Below, piece by piece: positions 9,238 through 15,804 of a stretch of DNA of 28,038 bases. This DNA comes from a virus. Its lineage: Duplodnaviria; Caudoviricetes. The stretch spans positions 1 through 28,038 of IMG/VR virus record IMGVR_UViG_3300032327_000104. One strand, given 5' to 3'. The position numbers and the translations under genes are program-made. How positions within the stretch are numbered: the stretch's first letter is position 1; each line of letters begins with the position of its first letter. The notes under the pieces are model-generated. The model worked only from the letters and a program-made list of their open reading frames with translations, was not told the origin of the DNA and ran no database searches.

Positions 9238-12200
9238 ATGCCGCTGTACCAGATCACCGGCCCTGATGGTAATCTTTATGAGATTGAAGGGCCAGAAGGT
9301 GCAACTCGTCAGCAGGTAATTACTGCGGTTCAAAAGCGCATGTCTTCTCAAGAAGACACAGATGTAGAGTCCCGCCTGCAACAGCTACGCGCTGAGCGTG
9401 AAGAGTTACTCAAACCAAAACCTACTATCGGTGGCAACGTCAAAGAGACGTTTAAGGGGTTGGTTCCCGGTGCAATTGGTTTGGGCGAAACAGCGGTAAC
9501 TGGTATCGCATCGATGCTGCCCGACAGCACCGAGAAGGCCGCACGTGAGAAAATCAAAGAGCTTGCCGGTATCGCCAAGAAACCGTTTGAAGCTGGCGCT
9601 GGCTACGAGGATTCGGTTGGTCGTAAGCTGGGTGAAGGCTTAGGCTCAACGCTGCCGTTCTTCCTCGCTGGCCCGTTCGGTTTAGCTGGTCGCGTTGCCG
9701 CTGGCGGTCTCGGCGTTGCCGCTGGCGCTGGTGAGGCGCGAGAAGCCGCTGAAGCCAAAGGTGCCACTAGCGAAGAACGCCGCACCGCTACCTTGCTGGG
9801 TGCACCTACCGGTTTGCTGGACATCCTCGCCCCAGAGATCAAACCGTTCAAGAGCCTTATGGGTACCGCGCTGGTGCGTGGTGGTGTGGAAGGTGCAACG
9901 GAAGCGGCGCAGAAGATCGCGCAGAACCTGATCGCCAAAGGCGTCTACGATCCAAGCCAAGAGATTCTTGTCGGGTCTGGAGAAGAAGGCGCGTACGGCG
10001 CTGGAGTCGGTGCGCTGGCCAGCTTGATCGTTGACATGACAGTAGGTCGTAAGGCTCGTCGTGCATCATTGGGGCTGGACAAAGAAGCCCCCGCGCCCGA
10101 GGCCGAGACCAAGACACCCGAACAACTGCTGCTGGGCTACACCGCCGAGCCGTTCACCCCCGTGGCGTTGCCTGATGGCTCCGTCATCACATCCAAGGCC
10201 GAGTACGACGAGTACCAGAAGTCCAAGAAAGGTATTGCACGTCAGCGCGAGGAAGACTTGCGCACCTCTGACCCACTGGCGGGCTTGTCGTCGTTTGACC
10301 AGAACCTTGCGCGGCGCGGTAAAGAAGCGGCGCTCGCCGAGACATTTGGCCAAGAACCCGAGAAGGGCCAGCTTGGGTTGCCCGGTATTGAACGCGATGA
10401 TGGCACTGTGGAAGTGCCGGGACGTGGCCGTGTAGCAGGTGCTCCTACGGCAGAAGACGTTAAGGCTGCGGAGCCTACGGCTGAACGCGACACCCAGACC
10501 CGCGACATGATCGATGAGTTGGAGTCTCAGCAAATCGAAGAGTTGTACGCAAAAGATGAGCGCGAGGGGGCCAAAGCCAAGGCGGAAAAAGAACGTCTGA
10601 AGTTTGAGTCTGACCTTGCCGAATTGACTGGGCAGATGGATCGCAAGCAGGAGAAAACAACTGAGGACACACGCCTTCAGTTGTTGCTGCCCATCGTCGA
10701 ATCCAACGTCAAGAACATCCCCAAAGTGTTTGTGCAGGCGCTCAAGCGTGAGGGCATCACCAACGCAAACCTGACCGACCGCGAACGCAACCTCATCAAT
10801 CGTGCCTATGACATCCGTCTGGCCGAGGAGCCCGTGGCCGAAGCTGACGTTGTGCAGCCGCCCGAGGCGCAGGAAGAAGAACTGCAATCCATTGAGTCGC
10901 TCATTCCTGAGAAGAAGTCCCAGCGTGAACCCGAGCAGATGGGCCTCCCCGGCATGGGTAAGCCGAAGGGTGCCGCGCCCCAAGCCTTCTCCGAGGAGGA
11001 GATTGCGGCCCAAGAAAAGCCGTTCGCTACGGTGCTGACACCCGAGGTGCTGGCTACTGCTGGCCTGCCCAAGCAGTCTGGGTTCTACAAGCAGTTGCTC
11101 AACATGGACATGACCGACACTGCGCAGCAGCCTGTTGTCGCCAACATCTTTGGGCGCATTCGCACCAATCCCAACCTGTCTACGTCTACCAAGGATGCGG
11201 TCGAGAACTTGGCGATGCAAGCGTTTGGCGGTCTGGCCAAGCAAGGCGACATGTTCGTACCCGCGAAGCCAACCAAAACTACCAAGGAAGGTAAGAAAGA
11301 TGCCGACGCTACGAAACCCTCCGCCAAACCAGCAGGTGAACGAGGACGTAATAACAACGCAGGAGATGTCGCTGGAGGAACTGGAACTCGCGCTGAAGAT
11401 CGCAAAGGTAGCGGTCGAAAGGACGAACGCGCTGGAACCCCTGCTGATACCGAGCGCACTGAAGCACCTAAACCCGGTGGACTGGGAGATCGTGGGAGAC
11501 CTGCTGGCGAAGCTGGAAGTCGAGCAGGCGTGGAGTCAGGTGCACTGAAGACTGAGCCAAAGGGGGGTACGGAATCCAAGGCCGAGACCAAGGCCGAGAC
11601 CAAGGCCGAGACCGAGAAGCCTAAGAAGGCTAAGCCCTCCGCTTCATTCGGTGCATACGGCCAAGTGATGGAAGCTGAGAGCCGGTCAGACGCGCTCGAC
11701 TATCTGGCCTATGACATGTACGTGGCCATGTTCGAGAAGTTCAAGCTGCTAACCCGTGTTGATGTGCTCAACGATATTAACGCTCAGTTGCGACAAGGTA
11801 ATCTCCCCGGCGAAGTTGCGTTTGGCCGCGAAAGCACAACCTCAATCGTCCCTCTGAGCGGCGGCAAGTATGCCAAGGCGTTTTACGAGTCGTTGTCGGC
11901 GGCAGATCAAAAGGCACTCGCCCGAAAGATGGAGGACTACTTTGGCCGTTCCGAGGCCGAGGTGCGTCGAGGCTCGGCGCAGTTTAACGTGCAGCAAGAA
12001 ATCGCCCGTGCCACCAAAGAGCAAATGGATGGAGGCAAACTGAACCTATCCCGCGATGCGGTCGTGCTGGCGCTGCCTCTGCATCCTGCCATCCGCAAGG
12101 CGCTGAAAGCTGGTGACCTGCGCGGTGCCCTGACCATGCTGGCTTCGCAGAACCTTGGCCGTGCATCCGAAGTCGCCAAGAAGTTGGCTGACGCAATCGG

Positions 12201-15200
12201 CAATACCAAGGTTGAACTGGAGCCCATGCTTCTCAACGCCGAGGACGTTCCGGTTGCTGGCCTGTACGACCCCAAGACAGACACCATCAAGCTAGACGCG
12301 GAAGAAGGCTTGAACATTCACGTGCTATTACATGAAGCGGTACATGCCGCTACATCACATGTGATAGAAAACAAGTCACACCCTGTAACCAAACAACTTA
12401 CAGAGCTTTACAACAACGTCAAGGACTCGCTGGACACAGCATACGGCGCACAGTCTTTGGACGAGTTCGTTGCTGAATCTTTCAGCAACCCAGAGTTTCA
12501 GCAGAAGCTGGCCGCGATCAACCCCAAGGGTGAGGCGATCACTGCATGGCAACGGTTCACGCACGCTATTCGCAACTTTGTGCGGTCGATCATGGGCGAG
12601 GGTACCAAGGGCATGGGCACTGCGCTCGACGCTTCGGACTCTCTGATCAATACCATCTTGTCGCCTGCACCTGACTCCCGAGATGCTGGCTCGTTGTATT
12701 CGGCCTCCTTGCTGGGCAACGGTTCCCAAATCTTCAAAGCCTTGGACGACCGAATCCTGTCTATGCCGGTGATGGGTACCGACACGATTGCACGGATATA
12801 CGACATGGTGCGTAACGCCCCGCAGACCGTCAAGAAAATCATCTTGCGTAGCTTGCCGCTGAACGTGCTGACCGAAGTCGCCACCAAAGATGTTCCCATG
12901 GCGTCCAAGCTCAACGAGTTGGAGCGGCTGTGGAACGGTGCAAAAGACAAACGCATGCGTGAGACCAACGCCACCATGTCACGCATCCAGAACTGGGTGA
13001 AAGGCAACCCCGAGAAAGAAGTCATCCTGAACGATGTCATTGCTACCAGTACGCTGGAGCAGGTTGATCCATCCAAGTCTCGCGCCGACTACAAAGGCAA
13101 GCAATCCGATAGCGGTGCAGACAAGCAAAAAATTTGGGATGAGTTGCAACCTCAGTGGAACAAACTTGGCTCTGAAGGCCAGAGCGTCTACAAACAGATG
13201 CGCGACACGTACAAGAAAACGTACGACGACTTGCTTGACTTGTTGATGAAGCGCATCGACGACTCCGTGGAGAACAAGGAAGATGCCAAGAAGCTGCGCA
13301 CTGAGATTTATCAGCGCCTTGCCACCAAGGGAAAGATCGAGCCGTACTTTCCGCTGACACGTTCGGGCGACTTCCGCTTGTCGTATGACCTCAAGGGTGA
13401 GCACTACGTCGAGCACTACGAGACCTCGGTTGCGCGTGAACGTGCGGTCAAAGAACTGGAGAGCGTTGGTGAGGCCAAGAACGTGCAGCGGTTCAAAGGT
13501 GGCTCCAAGCGCACGTACAAGGACGCACCTTCAACCTCGTTCGTGAACTCTATCTTGCGAACACTCGAAGCCAACAAAGTCGATCCAGAAGTGACCGACG
13601 AGATCATGCGGACGTTCTTGTCAACGCTGCCTGAGTCGTCGTTCGCTCAAGCGTTCCGCGCTCGTAAAAACACCCCCGGCTTCAGCTTCAACGCAACGGG
13701 CGCGTTCTATTCACGCTCTATGAGCATGGCCCATCAGTTGCCAAATATGGAGTACAGCGCCAAGGCATACAAGCTGCGCGATGAGATCGACGAGCACGCC
13801 AAGAAGAAGGGCGACGAGCAGACCCGCCTCGTAGCTGACGAGTTGAACAATCACATTGAGACGCTGGTCAGCCCTAACATTGCACCTTGGTCTAAGGCCG
13901 TGTCTTCGTTGGCTTTTGGTTGGACGCTGGGCTTTAACGTGTCGTCCGCTGTGGTCAACATGTCGCAGGTGCCGTTGGTGATGGCACCTTACCTCGGCGG
14001 TAAGTACGGCTACCCCGAAACCATGAAAGCCATCGGGTCTGCAACCAAGGTATTCATGGGTAGTGGGCGCAAGCGTATGGTCAAGATGACGGTGCCCACC
14101 GCTGACGGTAAAGAGACCATCGAACAAACAGGTGGCTTCTCGTTGGACAACTACGACTTTGATGCCAAGGACACCCCACCGGAAGTCAAGCGCCTCAAAG
14201 AGTTGTCAGAGATTGCCGACAAGTACGGCCTGCTCGACCGCTCGATGACAAGCGACATGCTCGATATGAACGAGAAGTCATCTCCGCTCGACCGCATCAA
14301 CGCATACTCAGGGTTCATCTTCCACCACGGCGAGCGCATGAACCGCCAGATTTCCTTGATCGCTTCCTACGAGCTTGAGCTTGGGCGCATGGCCAAGGAA
14401 GGCAAGAAGGTTGACGCCGCCGCACGCACCGAAGCGGCCAAGCGAGCCGTGGAGATCGCCGAAACCATGAACGGTGGCGCGTCCGCAGGTAGTGCGCCCC
14501 TGCTGGCAAAGAACTCCATCGGCAAGATCATGTTCATGTACAAACGGTACGGTGTCACCATGTACTACATGATGTTCAAGATGGCCCGTGAAGCCATGAA
14601 GTCTGAGGACAAGAAAGTCCGTGACGCCGCCATGCGCCAGATCGTGGGTATCTACGCCTCCGCTGGCGTGATGGCTGGGGTGCAGGGTCTGCCGATGTTT
14701 GGTATCTTGGCCGCTGTCTACAACCTGTTCAAGGGTGATGACGAAGACGACGCTGAGACCGCTGCACGTAAGTATTTTGGCGAAGGCTTGTTCAACGGTG
14801 CAGTCAACTACCTGACTGGCACGGCTGTCGCCAACCGTATCGGCTTGTCCGACTTGCTGATCAGCGGCACGGGGTACAAAGAGCAAGACAACACAATTTT
14901 GTCGTTCTTGCAACTCGTGGGTGGCCCAGCCTATGGCGTAGCCGACCGACTGCAACAAGGCGTCAAGCTGATCATGGAAGGTGAGACTGAGCGCGGTTTG
15001 GAGCGCATACTCCCCGCAGGTATTTCCAACGGGTTAAAGGGTATTCGGTTTGCAACCGAGGGTGCCAACACCCTGCGCGGCGACCCCATTACAGGTGACA
15101 TCAGCGGGTACAACGCTGGCGCACAGTTCCTTGGCTTTGCACCTGCCGAATACACCCGCCAGTTGGAGATCAACGCATCGCTCAAGAACATCGAGCGCCG

Positions 15201-15468
15201 TGCGATCAAAGAGCGTACCAAGATGCTCCGCGACTACTACATCGCGGCACGAGTCGGCGATTCCGAGGGGGTGGCAGACGCGCTGGATGACATGTTCAAG
15301 TTCAACGCAATGCACCCCGGCGCGGCAATCACAGCCGAGACTATCCAAAACTCAATGACTCAGCACATGAAAACGTCGCAAGAAATGTACCACGGCGTGA
15401 CGCTCAACAAAAAGTTGCGCTCCGAGTTGCTGCAAAACGCCGCTGAGTACGACGATGGGTTGCTGTAA
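9238..15468 (+). CDS. Large polyvalent-type virion protein (2076 aa) with zincin-like metallopeptidase (HEAVH) and PLxRFG-like domain
   Basis: SD TAAGGAG. GLYDPKTDTI...LLHEAVH (12331-12345)...EFVAE. YFPLTRSG at 13345-13368. Gly/Ala-rich hydrophobic N-terminal region. Last gene before the convergent terminator. Confidence 0.85.
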   Translation: MPLYQITGPDGNLYEIEGPEGATRQQVITAVQKRMSSQEDTDVESRLQQLRAEREELLKPKPTIGGNVKETFKGLVPGAIGLGETAVTGIASMLPDSTEKAAREKIKELAGIAKKPFEAGAGYEDSVGRKLGEGLGSTLPFFLAGPFGLAGRVAAGGLGVAAGAGEAREAAEAKGATSEERRTATLLGAPTGLLDILAPEIKPFKSLMGTALVRGGVEGATEAAQKIAQNLIAKGVYDPSQEILVGSGEEGAYGAGVGALASLIVDMTVGRKARRASLGLDKEAPAPEAETKTPEQLLLGYTAEPFTPVALPDGSVITSKAEYDEYQKSKKGIARQREEDLRTSDPLAGLSSFDQNLARRGKEAALAETFGQEPEKGQLGLPGIERDDGTVEVPGRGRVAGAPTAEDVKAAEPTAERDTQTRDMIDELESQQIEELYAKDEREGAKAKAEKERLKFESDLAELTGQMDRKQEKTTEDTRLQLLLPIVESNVKNIPKVFVQALKREGITNANLTDRERNLINRAYDIRLAEEPVAEADVVQPPEAQEEELQSIESLIPEKKSQREPEQMGLPGMGKPKGAAPQAFSEEEIAAQEKPFATVLTPEVLATAGLPKQSGFYKQLLNMDMTDTAQQPVVANIFGRIRTNPNLSTSTKDAVENLAMQAFGGLAKQGDMFVPAKPTKTTKEGKKDADATKPSAKPAGERGRNNNAGDVAGGTGTRAEDRKGSGRKDERAGTPADTERTEAPKPGGLGDRGRPAGEAGSRAGVESGALKTEPKGGTESKAETKAETKAETEKPKKAKPSASFGAYGQVMEAESRSDALDYLAYDMYVAMFEKFKLLTRVDVLNDINAQLRQGNLPGEVAFGRESTTSIVPLSGGKYAKAFYESLSAADQKALARKMEDYFGRSEAEVRRGSAQFNVQQEIARATKEQMDGGKLNLSRDAVVLALPLHPAIRKALKAGDLRGALTMLASQNLGRASEVAKKLADAIGNTKVELEPMLLNAEDVPVAGLYDPKTDTIKLDAEEGLNIHVLLHEAVHAATSHVIENKSHPVTKQLTELYNNVKDSLDTAYGAQSLDEFVAESFSNPEFQQKLAAINPKGEAITAWQRFTHAIRNFVRSIMGEGTKGMGTALDASDSLINTILSPAPDSRDAGSLYSASLLGNGSQIFKALDDRILSMPVMGTDTIARIYDMVRNAPQTVKKIILRSLPLNVLTEVATKDVPMASKLNELERLWNGAKDKRMRETNATMSRIQNWVKGNPEKEVILNDVIATSTLEQVDPSKSRADYKGKQSDSGADKQKIWDELQPQWNKLGSEGQSVYKQMRDTYKKTYDDLLDLLMKRIDDSVENKEDAKKLRTEIYQRLATKGKIEPYFPLTRSGDFRLSYDLKGEHYVEHYETSVARERAVKELESVGEAKNVQRFKGGSKRTYKDAPSTSFVNSILRTLEANKVDPEVTDEIMRTFLSTLPESSFAQAFRARKNTPGFSFNATGAFYSRSMSMAHQLPNMEYSAKAYKLRDEIDEHAKKKGDEQTRLVADELNNHIETLVSPNIAPWSKAVSSLAFGWTLGFNVSSAVVNMSQVPLVMAPYLGGKYGYPETMKAIGSATKVFMGSGRKRMVKMTVPTADGKETIEQTGGFSLDNYDFDAKDTPPEVKRLKELSEIADKYGLLDRSMTSDMLDMNEKSSPLDRINAYSGFIFHHGERMNRQISLIASYELELGRMAKEGKKVDAAARTEAAKRAVEIAETMNGGASAGSAPLLAKNSIGKIMFMYKRYGVTMYYMMFKMAREAMKSEDKKVRDAAMRQIVGIYASAGVMAGVQGLPMFGILAAVYNLFKGDDEDDAETAARKYFGEGLFNGAVNYLTGTAVANRIGLSDLLISGTGYKEQDNTILSFLQLVGGPAYGVADRLQQGVKLIMEGETERGLERILPAGISNGLKGIRFATEGANTLRGDPITGDISGYNAGAQFLGFAPAEYTRQLEINASLKNIERRAIKERTKMLRDYYIAARVGDSEGVADALDDMFKFNAMHPGAAITAETIQNSMTQHMKTSQEMYHGVTLNKKLRSELLQNAAEYDDGLL
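11300..11548 (+). CDS. Candidate overprinted (+1 frame) 82-aa protein nested in the 2076-aa gene
   Basis: AAGGAAGGT SD-like sequence upstream of ATG 11300. Product is protein-like and helical (MSLEELELALKIA...IPSALKHLNPVDWEIVGDLLAKLEVEQAWSQVH). The host frame here is a low-complexity linker. Confidence 0.6.
   Translation: MPTLRNPPPNQQVNEDVITTQEMSLEELELALKIAKVAVERTNALEPLLIPSALKHLNPVDWEIVGDLLAKLEVEQAWSQVH
11578..11613 (+). repeat. Three perfect 12-bp tandem repeats AAGGCCGAGACC encoding (KAET)3
   Basis: Read directly from the sequence. Confidence 0.9.
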
Positions 15469-15469
15469 T

Positions 15470-15500
15470 AAAAAAGCCCCCGCTTGTTACGGCGGGGGCT
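15470..15500 (-). terminator. Intrinsic terminator at the convergence of the two modules (strong on - strand, possibly bidirectional)
   Basis: 9-bp stem AGCCCCCGC/GCGGGGGCT with 8-nt loop. A U-tract follows on the - strand; on the + strand GAACCTTTTT follows. Confidence 0.85.
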
Positions 15501-15528
15501 GAACCTTTTTCAAGGAGAACGAAGTGAC
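15470..15528 (-). ncRNA. Candidate trans-acting antisense small RNA (~59 nt) with anti-RBS 5' seed
   Basis: Extended -10 upstream and terminator at the 3' end. 5' GUCACUUCGUUCUCCUU is complementary to the RBS/start regions at 19636-19646, 20332-20344, 21930-21939, 25311-25322 and 26176-26187. Confidence 0.6.
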
Positions 15529-15534
15529 GGTGCA

Positions 15535-15563
15535 ATACTATCACAAGCGTCTCCAAATACGAA
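15535..15563 (-). promoter_or_regulatory. Putative sigma70 extended -10 promoter for the candidate sRNA
   Basis: - strand reads TTCGTA-N17-TAGTAT, with TGTGA immediately before the -10 (TGn extended -10). Confidence 0.5.
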
Positions 15564-15804
15564 CCCCCCATCGCCCACCTTCAATGCCGGGGCGGTAGTG
15601 GACGACCCATTCCCGCATGGTTGTTATCTGGTGCACTTGACGCACAAGCTCCAGCGTGTTAACGCAGGGGATGAACACAGAGGCACCCACTGGGAACTTG
15701 TCCCAACGGACAACGATACGCACCCCATCGGGCGCAAGGTCGTCAAGCCTGACCCTGTTTCTCGAACAGCGCGGCGGTTGTCGCCAAAACTTGCTCAGTT
15801 TCAT
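15541..15804 (-). CDS. Small conserved phage protein (87 aa), possibly DNA-binding (W..F.VG.SVFIPC...GVRIWR)
   Basis: Overlaps the primase 3' end and has AGGA upstream. The motif pattern is recalled from small proteins downstream of phage primases. Confidence 0.65.
   Translation of the reverse strand: MKLSKFWRQPPRCSRNRVRLDDLAPDGVRIVVRWDKFPVGASVFIPCVNTLELVRQVHQITTMREWVVHYRPGIEGGRWGVRIWRRL

Noticed and set aside
10066-11244. 392-aa - strand ORF inside the 2076-aa gene
   Set aside because: Codon-aligned antisense shadow of a biased coding strand; no recognisable motifs and no - strand expression context.
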